From NCBI RefSeq assembly GCF_001194135.2, contig NC_068990.1, positions 35,231,453 to 35,293,230 of the forward strand: a stretch of DNA of 61,778 nt. The letters are read 5' to 3'. Of the stretch, positions 25,540-37,319 are shown one piece after another. How positions within the stretch are numbered: the stretch's first letter is position 1; each line of letters begins with the position of its first letter. The notes under the pieces were generated by a model, which was given only the letters and a program-made list of their open reading frames with translations, was not told the DNA's origin and did not search any database. The position numbers and the translations under genes were made by a program. Source of the DNA: Octopus bimaculoides (taxonomy: Eukaryota).

Positions 25540-25745
25540 ACTTTTTTATCACGTTGCTTCAATTCACGCAGCTGTAGAACTTAGTTGTGATTTCACTGAT
25601 GCCATGGTGTGTCAGCCTTTGCTTTCCCTTTGGATAACATCAATGGTATGGAGAGTGGGGCTGGTGTGCATGGGTGGCTGTTGGTCTTCCATAAACAATC
25701 TTGCTCTGACTTGTGCCTCGGAAGGGATCTTTATCGGTGCAATTC
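25540..25745 (+). mobile_element. SINE family C internal fragment
   Basis: Diverged reverse-complement match to ~18850-19030 (CCTTTGCTTTCCCTTTGGATAAC...CCATAAACAATCTTGC). Confidence 0.7.
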
Positions 25746-27688
25746 CTTTACAATTATATGTATGTGTGTGTGTGTGGGCATGAGCGTGTATCTGTATGCA
25801 TTTGCTTGTATGTGTGTGTGTGTTCCCGTGTGTGTGTTCTCATGTGTGACTATGAATATTTGCGCATGTATATGTTTCTGCTTTAATGTGAGCATATATA
25901 TGTTTGTCTTGTCTGTCACTGTATCTTAGCGTCTTGAAAACAAACAAATATTAAAAAAAAAAATGAAAGAATAATTGCTGGGTTCAATTTAATCGGCTAA
26001 ACCCTGTAAGAGTATGTCTTTGTATGACCAAGTCACTTGACTTAAAGTAGATGTATGGAAGAGTATCTCATGCATGCTACGAAGAATATGCGTCGTATGC
26101 TTTTATGACATGTATTACAAATAGGATATTTCATCATGATTTCATATACCGTTTCCTCGAAGTCGACATCCTGACCTTAGAAGAAACAATTGACAATTCT
26201 GGTGATAATCAAGGTAGTAACAACTTTTGCTTCTTAGAATCACTTCCAAAATGCATACACACTGGAGGGAGAGATTACTGGGTGTCATAATCATAAAATA
26301 GAAATGAGATTATAAGGGAAGTTTCGAAAACTTGCTATTGTATGAACCAGTTATAACATTTAGAACTCATTGTAACTTTATGGAATATATTAATATTTAT
26401 TAATATTGATAACATGGATCGAGCATTGAAGGCAAGCTGTCGACGAGAGGCAAAATGTAACAGGTTTATATTTTGAAGATATGATTTATGATGTTAGTGT
26501 TACAAGGCCAACATCTTCATCAACATTGTTATTAGTGCAGTCGTCAAACGATTTGCTGAAAGCCTGCTTAATTAAGAAACTTTATTCAATAGATGTGGAT
26601 TATATAGGAATACTTATTTCATTGACTGGGGAGAAATTTCCGGATGTGTCAATCAGCATTTCCGACTCAGGTAGGAAATTGTATCTACTTCACGTATTCT
26701 TTATATATTTCTAAAGGCGAAAACGTAGAGCGTTGGCAGAAGGCTTTCAATAATCGAACTTGTTTGAATATTAAAGATACAAGATCTGAATTAACGCTGA
26801 GCAGAGCTTTTACCCAGAGCAAAATGCAACCTGGAAAAACGTCATCCTGATGTGAACTTTACGAAAAAGTCTGCATCTAGATTGCGTTAAAGTAATTTGG
26901 TTAGATTATTATTTAAATGTAATCAAATTTGTAGAAAAAGGTGGTTTTTCACTTCTGCGTGACGCCATTTATATGGCGTTTCGCTAACATACGTTCAAAG
27001 TTTAATTTATAACGAATAGCTTAAGGCATTTATCAGTAATATTATTGCACATCTCTATTACAGCAGAAAGTTCTACATCGACATTCAAAAGTGTATTGCG
27101 TCCCGAAATAATGATGTTTATCTGAACCAGTGCAAATGAGAATTAGCGCGCCTTTACATTTTGCTGACATTATAGTTGCAGAGATTTAAACTCCTATAGC
27201 GGGGAAGTAACTGGTTGAATGAGTCTGGGCACAAAGTAGCAGTAATGTTTCAATTTTATGATGTTTATATTTTGTCCACTGGTTTATTGTACTAGCTATT
27301 TATTTCTAGCGCATTAAACTATACTGGGCTTATGCAGCTAGCTGTAAGCCAGTATCTCTTGAGAGATACACTTAAATGTTTTATAAAGCTGATGAAACCT
27401 ATTAATGTGTGTTTAAATTAGCTTTTGAAATGTATGTGAATACTCATATATATATAATTTAAATTTCAAACGCTCTTTTTGGATATTAACCCTTCTAAAA
27501 ATACTTCAAGAATGTCCATATCTATCAAAGCGCCAATATCCACAAATAATCACTTACCATGAATTAGCATGATAACCAACAGGTTCATTTAATTCGAAAT
27601 CACATGTCATGATTAACTGACACTATCTGAAACAGATTTTGATTTAGTCGAGATGAAAAATTGGGTGTGACCAGATTTTGTAACTATT

Positions 27689-27903
27689 GGTTTCAAATTT
27701 TGGTACAAGGCCAGCAATTTCAGGCACGGGGCTAACTCTGTGACATCGTCTCCATTGTTCACCTGGTACTTATTTCGTTAGAGCTGAGAGAATGAGAGGC
27801 AAAAATGGATCTCAGTGTCATTTGAACGCAAGACGTGAAGACAGGCAAAATGCAGATAAATATTTCGCCCGGCGTGCCAAAGATTACACCTGCTCGCCGT
27901 CTT
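27689..27903 (-). mobile_element. SINE family B, diverged
   Basis: Reverse complement AGACGGCGAGCAGG...GCACGCCGGGCGAAAT...AAATAAGTACCAG...GTACCAAAATTTGAAACC. Confidence 0.75.
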
Positions 27904-28104
27904 ACATTTAATAATTATAGATAACTGAATTCCAGTTGAAGTTGCATGTAGGCAAATAGATAATGTAATAGCAATATCATGCATACAAATGCAACACAAT
28001 TAGTGACACCTATCATTGTTTTCTGTGAGATGTATTAGAAACAATCAGTAATTGTTCTGTTCTAAGCATAGGTCGAAGGCTGAAATCTTGGGGATTGTGG
28101 TTAA

Positions 28105-28250
28105 CCAATGCCATCAGCTCTAGTACTTACCGATACTATATTCTACCACCCCCGAAATCATGATAAATAAACTTGACCAATACGTAGAAAGCTTAAATAG
28201 AGAGAGAGTGCAAATAATTTATTCTGATAGTCTAAAAAGTTTGTCAGTCT
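28105..28250 (+). promoter_or_regulatory. Candidate Pol II core promoter: two CCAAT boxes and a TCAGT initiator
   Basis: CCAAT at 28105-28109 and 28177-28181; TCAGT at 28244-28248; followed by a strong donor at 28381/28382. Confidence 0.4.
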
Positions 28251-28381
28251 ACTAGCTTAGGAGGAGATTTACAATGCAAGTCGTCTGTAATGAAAGACAG
28301 AGTTTGAAGTAGAAAACGATAAACACATTTTGCTTCCAACGCCAAGAGTTTGAAAGCTTTGCGCACGCACGCCTCACCAAG
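28246..28381 (+). other. Candidate 5' UTR exon 1
   Basis: Ends CCAAG|GTGAGC; 113-nt intron to ttttccttttgcag (28494); contains only short uORFs. Confidence 0.45.
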
Positions 28382-28494
28382 GTGAGCAGAAATACAATAT
28401 GCACAGGTTTAAAATATCAGTTCTGCTCCTAATGTCCTTGTGTAAGTAAAATTAAAACTCATAGTTTGCTGTATTTATTGTTTTCCTTTTGCAG

Positions 28495-28556
28495 CAAAGC
28501 AAATCATATGCAGGAGTCAACAAGTTGGGCATTTTAAAGAGAAGCTGCCATGTCAG
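28495..28556 (+). CDS. Candidate exon 2 carrying the start codon (GCC ATG TCA G; CDS 28550-28556)
   Basis: Strong acceptor tttattgttttccttttgcag, Kozak-like GCCATG, donor CAG|GTATGT, phase 1. Confidence 0.5.
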
Positions 28557-29689
28557 GTATGTGGAGCACCTTTGCCAGCTCTTAGCATGATATCTTATGA
28601 TTCTCAGATAAATAATACTCAACGTCGAATCATTTCCTCCCTTATTTTATCTCTCAATTCTACAATATTCTTTCCTCAACAACTTTGTTTTACCACCAAC
28701 AGGTTAACAATTTTGCAAACACTTTTTTTCTTTATCACTTTGGAGTACATTAACCACTAATATAGACAACACCGTTAAGGTAATATAAACAATATGCGTT
28801 ATCTCTCTTTAAAACTATTCGCGTAAATAAATCTAAGAATAATAGAGACAGATACTCCATCACTAAAACAAGAAACTTGACGGAAAACATGTTGAATATG
28901 AGCTTTGTTGGCTTAGCATATTTATATAATCTAAACAATCAGACTGACAGGGATGTCTCTCTCTCTGTCTGTCTGTCTGTCTGTCTGTCTNNNNNNNNNN
29001 NNNNNNNNNNNNNNNNNNNNNNNNNNNNNNNNNNNNNNNNNNNNNNNNNNNNNNNNNNNNNNNNNNNNNNNNNNNNNNNNNNNNNNNNNNNATATATATA
29101 TATATATAATATATATATATATTATTATTATTATTTCTAAATCACTCTAAAGGTGACTAGTACTGGATATTAATATATATTATCAAACTAACATGGCGGT
29201 CCAGAGGAATAGGACGAATGCTGCCGTTGGTTAGCTCCGGGAGGCAATCACCTCTAGCTATCTAATTGACACACAAATCTGTGTGCATTACAACCTTCGA
29301 ACAGGGGATATAATCAGCTTCCCGTTACTGGTTCATCCTCCACAGACCAGTTTCGAGGTTTTTGCCCCTTATCAATGTGGAGTAGCTGAACTCAGCGCTG
29401 CCATTAATATTTTAAAAAAATCCTCTGATTTAAGCCCACCATATAGCTTTTTATTTATCTATTTATTATTTTTGGGCATTTTCAGAAAACCTTTGCCTAT
29501 TTGTAGTCTATCAACGGAAATGCATGCGACTATGAAAATTTGTTTTTTTAATCGTTCGAATTTAAAAACAAAAATAATTTTTGAATTTTTCGAATTTATT
29601 TTTCTTTCTTTTAATCAGAGTTTAAAATACGGACGGGCCGAAATATTTGCTTCAATCCCAGCAATATGCTATTACATGTAGTTATGGGG

Positions 29690-29823
29690 ACAAAGACCCG
29701 AATTTTTGGGGGAGGGAGCCAGTCTACTAGATCGACCCCTGTACGCAACTGGTACTTAATTTTTCGACCCCCGAAAGGATGAAAGGCAAAGTTGACCCCA
29801 GCGGAATTTGAACTCAGAACGTA
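29690..29823 (-). mobile_element. SINE family B, 5'-truncated, lying in the candidate intron
   Basis: CGAAAGGATGAAAGGCAAAGTTGACC...GGAATTTGAACTCAGAACGTAA. Confidence 0.8.
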
Positions 29824-30149
29824 ATGGGGAGAAAGATATTGAAAAATATAACTACGTCAGAGTGACAAAGAAACGAGGACGGTATCAGATGGTCGAAAGA
29901 TATGCTAAAAATAACTGCTAAATGTTCCTTAAATCACACACACAAATTCGTAAAACTTTTCTGAAAATTCTAAGAAATAATAAAACCTTATGAGGCGTGC
30001 TTAAAGCAGTATCCTTTTGGACTTTGTTTTGAAACGTGAGGATTCTTACTTTGCAACAGTATGTGAACTTAGATGAATTCATAAATTTTGGTGCAACCGG
30101 CCGTGACTCGAGAACGAGTGTGAATTGAGAACATGTACCATGCTTATGC

Positions 30150-30417
30150 TAATTGTTTCAGACTCCTATGTTGACACGAGCAGAAACAGACACACTCTTG
30201 ATTCTTACACCCTGTGTGAGCAGCACATCCAGGTTATAATAACTGGAAGGAGAATAGGATTCAGTAGGAACTAGTTGATAATATTTACAACAGCGTAGAC
30301 TGGAGGAAGTGTGAAATGAAATGATTTGCACAGGAAAATACTTGACTCCTTGTCTAGGAATTGAACCCACTTGATTATGATCGTCATCCGCATATCCTGA
30401 ATCACTAGACCACACTC
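30150..30417 (-). mobile_element. Old SINE-like element with a tRNA-Glu-like head
   Basis: Reverse complement of 30347-30415, GTGGTCTAGTGATTCAGGAT...GGGTTCAATTCCTAGACAAGGA, resembles eukaryotic tRNA-Glu 5' and T-arm sequence. The cloverleaf is broken, so it is not a functional tRNA. Confidence 0.45.
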
Positions 30418-31835
30418 TTTCACTGTGAAAGGATTTTCTGCTTATAATTCAGGTAACATATACCAGTTAATTATAACAGTGTACGTCTCGCATGTGCATT
30501 GCACGCTCGCACGCGCACACACACGCGTATATATATATATATATATATATATNNNNNNNNNNNNNNNNNNNNNNNNNNNNNNNNNNNNNNNNNNNNNNNN
30601 NNNNNNNNNNNNNNNNNNNNNNNNNNNNNNNNNNNNNNNNNNNNNNNNNNNNNNNNNNNNNNNNNNNNNNNNNNNNNNNNNNNNNNNNNNNNNNNNNNNN
30701 NNNNNNNNNNNNNNNNNNNNNNNNNNNNNNNNNNNNNNNNNNNNNNNNNNNNNNNNNNNNNNNNNNNNNNNNNNNNNNNNNNNNNNNNNNNNNNNNNNNN
30801 NNNNNNNNNNNNNNNNNNNNNNNNNNNNNNNNNNNNNNNNNNNNNNNNNNNNNNNNNNNNNNNNNNNNNNNNNNNNNNNNNNNNNNNNNNNNNNNNNNNN
30901 NNNNNNNNNNNAAAGGTTCTTTCAATTTATGAAGCTTCTATATGGGAAAAACCTACAACCTTCGAAGCCAATAAATTATTATTGTTCCTGATATTTATTT
31001 TTTGTACCTACCACAGACTGTTCGAAGCTTACGATTCTCCTGCATTTAAATCCTTGGATTTTATAATACCATATAATATATATATGCCTGTATATGTGAG
31101 TGTGTGTGTGTTTATGTGCGTGTGTGTGCGTACGTGTATGTAAGTGTGTGTGTGTTTGTTTACAAAGATTATCTAATACTTTATTCAAATGAATTATCTT
31201 CCTTAAAGCAGAAATTAATATCTACACACAACATTTGGATAGAATAACAACTTCTTGTGCCTCGAGGTCACAACATTCGTAGCATATTTTTATACGAAAT
31301 GAATAACAAAATTTCATTAGAGCAAAATCCCTTTTCGCCAAAAATAAATTGTATTCGTGATATTAGAATAGCGTCACGATTCCGAATATTTTCCCATGAT
31401 CCTGAATATCCACTATCTCTCCGAATAGAAATTTTTGAGATTTCCTTCATCAAATATATTTTTTTTTTTAATATTTTCTCTGTGATTTTAATTTGCATTG
31501 TTATAGTTACAACACCACAATTATTTGCATTCTGCCTTCCATCGCCTATCTCCAAATTTTCTCCTGCTCAGTCTTCATTATCACAATCGTCATCATTATC
31601 ATCATCACTGCCATAGACCTCCTCCTCCTCCTCATGATCATGATCATTATCATCACCATCTTCATCGTCACCATCATCATGATATTCCTACAGATTTGAA
31701 ATCATGACTATAGAGTTCTTATCGCATGTAGCGTCGAAAAATGCAATAAAGCCAACCCTGCATGACATAAGAATTTCCCCCATCGTACCTTGCTGACAGA
31801 AAAAAAAAATGATAGTTTTAGTCTTCGTTTTGCAG

Positions 31836-31933
31836 AAATGTTCCCCCCTGAAGAAAGTGCAAAGCATGGCGAATCTACTTGCGCTTGGATTTTTAAAAAA
31901 ATATTTGCTCAGGCTTTAGAAAATCTATGTTAA
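31836..31933 (+). CDS. Candidate terminal coding exon; spliced product MSEMFPPEESAKHGESTCAWIFKKIFAQALENLC* (34 aa)
   Basis: Acceptor ttttagtcttcgttttgcag; phase 1 matches the 28556 donor; 32 codons to TAA at 31931-31933. Confidence 0.38.
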
Positions 31934-32189
31934 TGCTGGAGTGTTCTGAAAATCTTGTTTAGTGTTGTGTTAAACAGAAATATAATTAATACAAGAAGGT
32001 TAGAATTAGTTTTCTAAATTTTTTGTGTCTTTCAAAAATTGTAATATATGTTTCATTTTTTAACAAAATCTTCCCATAAAAGGCGCACAGATATTTAGCT
32101 GTATTTAATCTCTAGTCAGCAATAATTGGGGTCATTAAGAGCGTTGCACTGAAAGCCGCGAGATATTTGTTTTAATTCACATTTCAAAG

Positions 32190-32410
32190 AGCAGCCAGGC
32201 CGAACTGCGGGCTTTGCGCGGCGAGTACAATTAAGTCATAAAGCTAAGCCCAATACTAAATGCCAGGTTGAGTAGGAGGGCGCCGCGACGTACATGGAAG
32301 CCGTGAGTACGAGCTCAGGTGAAGCCGACCGTGGCTGCAGATTTCGGTGGTAGGAGCAAAGAGTTTTGTGGAGCCAAAAGAGAAATTCCATCAGCTGGAG
32401 AAGTCCGAGG
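32190..32410 (+). pseudogene. Degenerate 28S rRNA fragment
   Basis: GAGTAGGAGGG (32270-32280) and TGCAGATTTCGGTGGTAGGAGCAAA (32336-32360) match conserved LSU motifs GAGTAGGAGGG and GGTGCAGATCTTGGTGGTAGTAGCAAA in order with plausible spacing. Isolated GC-rich island. Confidence 0.6.
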
Positions 32411-32586
32411 CCTGGCAAATGCTAAAAGAATGAAACGCTCATTTGAATCGCAAAAGCAAAACTTCTGAGAATGATTGATCTAAATGAATATATATGCAAA
32501 ATTAAAACGGCTAAAAACATTTGCCTTCTCGATCCTGGCCTCAATAATTTCTTCGGATCATACCTACAGGGAAAGTTAATGGTAAA

Positions 32587-32710
32587 GAGAGAGGGAGAGA
32601 GGGAAGAAGTCAAGGATAGAGGAATAGAGAGAGAGAGGGAGAGAGGGAGAGAGGGAAGAAGTCAAGGATAGAGGAATAGAGAGAGAGAGAGGGAGAGAGG
32701 GAGAGAAGTA
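32587..32710. repeat. GA-rich tandem duplication of a ~50-nt unit
   Basis: GAGAGAGGGAAGAAGTCAAGGATAGAGGAATAGAGAGAGAG occurs twice. Confidence 0.9.
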
Positions 32711-34242
32711 GAGAACCTGTTGTTTTTACTGTTGTGCACAGAATTGCAATCATTAGAGCATCTGGAAAAAAGCCATGCGATTTTTCCGTCCCTTAAATTC
32801 TGATTTCAAATCACAATGCGATAAAGTTTTGCCTTTTATCCTTCCCGAGACAATAGAATAAGTACTAGTCATGTACTTAAATACGATGGTATCGGTTATC
32901 TCTCTCCCTAACAACTGCTGGTCACTGGCTTAAATGATAAAAGTTTATTAATGTATTTGATGTTGTTTTAACCATCTGTTATATTTGATATGTCTGTTCT
33001 CACATGATGCCACGTTGATAAACCTAAGTATATCATTCAAAAGAATAGAATAGGAATGAATAGTTACACTTATATTCATAAACAGCGAGTAAAGGAATAC
33101 ACACTTACTCTCAGAAATTATTGCTAAAGAGCAGGATTTCGAAAAGTCACTGTATTCTGATTTGTCTCATTTTTCTATCGTCAATCAATTTCCAAGAAAC
33201 TGGATGAATGTAGAAAAAGAATATCATATACGTTATATATATATATATTTCGATTGTTGCATCATATTGCCGAATAAATTATTACTTTTTCGGATGTGGC
33301 ATTGTGAAATACTATTTCATGCTGTTAAATGTTTTCAAAGCAACGGATTAATTTCCAATATGAACACATTTCACTTACATTACATATATCCTACGGAAAT
33401 AGAGTATGATAAATCTTAGAAATACTTTAAGATAAAGCTTCGAAATATTGCTGTAAATGTTGAAATATAATGTGACAAAAGTTTGTAATTTAATATCACA
33501 AAATCTTGCAATATAGTATGATAAAGGCTTGAATTATACTATAATAAATATTTGAAAGCGTTTATAATGAAAACTTGAAATACAGATATATCGTATTGAA
33601 ATACAGATATATCGTATTGAAATATGTAACGAGGAAAATGATAGAAATGCACGTGATAATGGTCCAAATATAGTATTACAAATGTACTTTAAATTATTAT
33701 AATTTAATATATGAAATTATGTTTACATTTCGTTATTCAGATGTACTTCTAAGTAAATCGAGTATGCTACAACAAATAAGTACTTTACATCTTAGTCAAT
33801 ATATTCTGCTATACTACAGTCAAGTCACTACAATATATTTAAATCAGTCAATGCACTAAACTTGAACGCAAAGGATTAACATTTGAAATAAGAGTGTTAT
33901 AGTTTTGAAAGTGAATATTACTTTTCTCTCTATCTATCGATAGATAGCAAACAAGGTAGCAAACACAAACCAAGCCAGGAAACATTGGACAGTGAAAGCA
34001 ACATTAAAAAGCCGTAGGACCAAACGCGATGGGATATTGAACGGTGTAGATATGACGAAGCTGAACGGAGAAATAGAATCTTCGTCTCTCCTTTAAGCTG
34101 GCTAGGTTGAGAAAGGAAGTGTGACCAAAGGTCACATGTGAGCAAAGAGGAGTAGTAGAGGGAGGAAATGGAGAAGCAAGGACAACAGAAGGAAGCAGAG
34201 CGGGAGGGGGAGATAGGTAAGGAGAAAGAAAGAAAGATAAAT

Positions 34243-34297
<55 letters not shown>

Positions 34298-34447
34298 TAG
34301 AAGTGTCGCGTCAGAAATATGAAGTTGAAACTTACTTGCAAATGGACGCGTGCGTTCGATGATATAATAATACAAATGATATATAAGCATATGCATGTAT
34401 ACATACATATATGTACATACGTACTTCTACATGTATATATAGATGCA

Positions 34448-34529
<82 letters not shown>

Positions 34530-35259
34530 CATATGAATTGATAGATAGATATGTTTGTGTTTGTGATTATTATGTTTATGGATAACGTTATCATTAGGTT
34601 ATTTTGTTAAACAAAATAACTTGAGAACTGGAGTTGCTAACAGAATGCCTATGACTACGCGGATAGCAAAGCAACAGGTGCGATTAGCGAATGATATGTG
34701 ATGGTTATGAAATACAAATGCTGGATGATAGTAATTTTGGTGTTTGTAAGATCGTGTAAATGGTCTAAGAGTGGTGACACTTGAATCTTAAGTTGGTTGT
34801 TGTTGCTAATGGTATTGGTGATTTTGGCAGAATCAAAGCTCTGGATACTGAAATCTCATATCATTCTACCTTACATGTTTAAATATAATTAATTGACTTT
34901 GAGAATGTAGGCGAGAATGAAATGAAAACGGTTTTCTTTCCCTCATGGCATCTGTGACAGATTAAAAATAATGAAAATGTTATCTTCAGATTCGTATATA
35001 GTGTTATTCATATTTACTGATATTATATTATAGCCTTTTATGAGTACTCATCATAATGTGAATAGAGAATATTAAGATATCCCTATTATTTTCTGTGTTA
35101 TGGTAGGCTGCTTAAAAGGAGACAGTGCAATACAACTAATTGTTCATTCCAAATTTTCCCAAAGAAAATTCAAAATAAAGTGGAAAAGTCTTTCATTTCA
35201 AACCTTCACACATTGAGTTGAGGGGGAAAACAGTAACAGAAATGGTCAAAGTGAATCAA

Positions 35260-35520
35260 ATTTGAAAATTTGGTTTGGCAATGTTCCCGAACAGAAAGCT
35301 TCAATTAATGAACAGCTGATGCGTCAAAAAGCAGAATTTGGAACAGAAATTAATAACAGAACATTCACACAAAATGATGGTTGAGCAATCACTAAAGGCA
35401 AAAGAACTGTGTTTAACGTAATTCATAGCACGAGGAAAATGCTGGATTCACTTTTTTATCATTTGGAATCTTGATTATAAAGAATGGTCAAAAGATATCG
35501 TAGAATCTTTCTCTGAGAAC
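35260..35520 (+). mobile_element. Decayed pogo/Tigger transposase (CENP-B-type HTH region)
   Basis: LKIWFGNVPEQKASINEQLMRQKAEF...TFTQNDG* resembles L..WF....PI.G..L..KA..F....F.AS.GW. Confidence 0.45.
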
Positions 35521-36279
35521 AGCTATAATGCAGAAGAACAACGCCTATGACCGTAACGTGATCGAATGTATTTGCTTAAAAAGATTGTCTGTTTATTGAA
35601 TAATTATGTTTCTGTTTATCTTCCTGCTTAAACTTATTTTTGTGATCAATATTTTTTCAAAAAACAGTGGTGGTTGTTGGACAATTACACTTATCACCTG
35701 TAAGTACGACTTTTCTCAGAAGCAGTCATGCTGAACTAAGACTAAACAGAGTTAAATGGTTATTTGTAACAATATCTATATACAACATGGACAAACATGC
35801 TTGTCTACTGGGTAGATCTTTGACTATTCCTTAGCTGTTTGTTGGAAGAATGAAAATAGAAAATATATTCATTTATTTATTTCATACGGTAATCCTACAT
35901 GAAAATATCTGGGTGCTGTAACATATAACTAAACATAACAAACAACAACGACGTCGACAGTTACAACGATAACAACAGTGAAATAAAGTCGCTGGAAAAT
36001 AGAGAGAATTCAAGAACAGAAAAGACAACTGTAGGAAAAATAACTGGAAAGAGAAGAAATTACATGCTCAATTCATGCAACGAAGTGCAGATGAAAGTAG
36101 AAAGTAATGAGCACTGGTTATAGAGAACAGAGGGAAACTCAAAGCGAGAAACTGAATTGCTAACTATAACCACTCGAGAACAAGCGATTATTCAGAACGT
36201 GATATAGACAAAAGTTAATAAATTCAGTGAAAGAGCCAATACAGAATCCATGGAAAGAGAACATCAGTAATAACCATCT

Positions 36280-36720
36280 CCTAATGTAGAAAAAAAATAG
36301 TATAAGAGCATGCATGACTGTATCAGCAAGGGAATGCATCGGAAAGTTAAAGTAGTATTGATTCGAAGTAAAAGAAAAGTGGTATGAACACGATCCAAAG
36401 TCTGGGATAGCAAAAAATGAGATTTCACCATAAAGGCCGATCAGAGAATTGAAGCAAGGAATTCAGATAAGATTGTCGGGGAGAAAAATGGAAAAGGAAG
36501 CAATGTAAGAGCAAAGATTTTGCAACACCATAAGATAATGTAATGGATACCAAAGTAAATGGAGAAATATCAGAATCTAGAGATAAGATGGTATTGTGGA
36601 TGCGTAAGTAACAGCTGTTCCTCTTGTACTTCGTATACCTGTACAATTGGTACTTAAGAAGCTGAAGCATATTGAGATTGGGATTCGCTTATTTTCCCTC
36701 CACATAGCCTTTAGATTTTA
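36280..36720 (+). mobile_element. Second, older R4/Dong-type 3' fragment (RLE domain)
   Basis: YKSMHD, KWYEHDPK, ADQRIEARNSDKIV, DFATP and MEKYQNL appear in the order expected for R4/Dong; frameshifted. Confidence 0.6.
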
Positions 36721-36834
36721 GCAGAACCAAACTTTAAACCAGCATAACTGCAGACTAAATTAGCATATAATAATGATGACGAGTAAGACAGTGACATACG
36801 AGCGCAATTACCACCAACTCGAAGGCACTAATTA

Positions 36835-37010
36835 TGCTGATGATGATGATGAAATTACATTGATGATGAAGATAACGATGATGATGATGATGAAATTACA
36901 GTGATGATGAAATTACAGTGATGATGAAGATAACGATGATGATGATGATGATGATGGCGATAATGGTGGCGGTGGTGGTGGGGATGATTAGATTTATGAT
37001 GATGATAATA
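36835..37010. repeat. (GAT)n-based minisatellite with recurring GAAATTACA(G/T)T and GAAGATAAC units
   Basis: Directly visible. Confidence 0.85.
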
Positions 37011-37274
37011 CAAAGTAAGAGGTACATTAAAAGAAATGAAAAGTAGTCGTGATAGAAGAAGAAACTATGTTGGTCGCTGGTGCTGGTGATGATGATGGAA
37101 ATCTGCTTTGCCTTCAGGGCTTCTTACAGTGAATTTCGTTTACATATAACAGTAGAATAATCTAATTTAGACGGAAATGGAGAGGGAAAACAAGACGTCC
37201 CCATTGGGAATGTACAAATATATGTTCTTGCAAATAATTTCATACACACACAGTTACACACACAATTACACAAA

Positions 37275-37319
<45 letters not shown>

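Noticed and set aside
26051-26714. ORFs 26051-26290 and 26481-26714
   Set aside because: No motifs, no convincing splice pairing; lengths are within chance expectation.
31268-31555. Minus-strand ORF containing RRDSGYSGSW (DSG degron-like)
   Set aside because: No pyrimidine-rich minus-strand acceptor and no donor; a short motif match can occur by chance.
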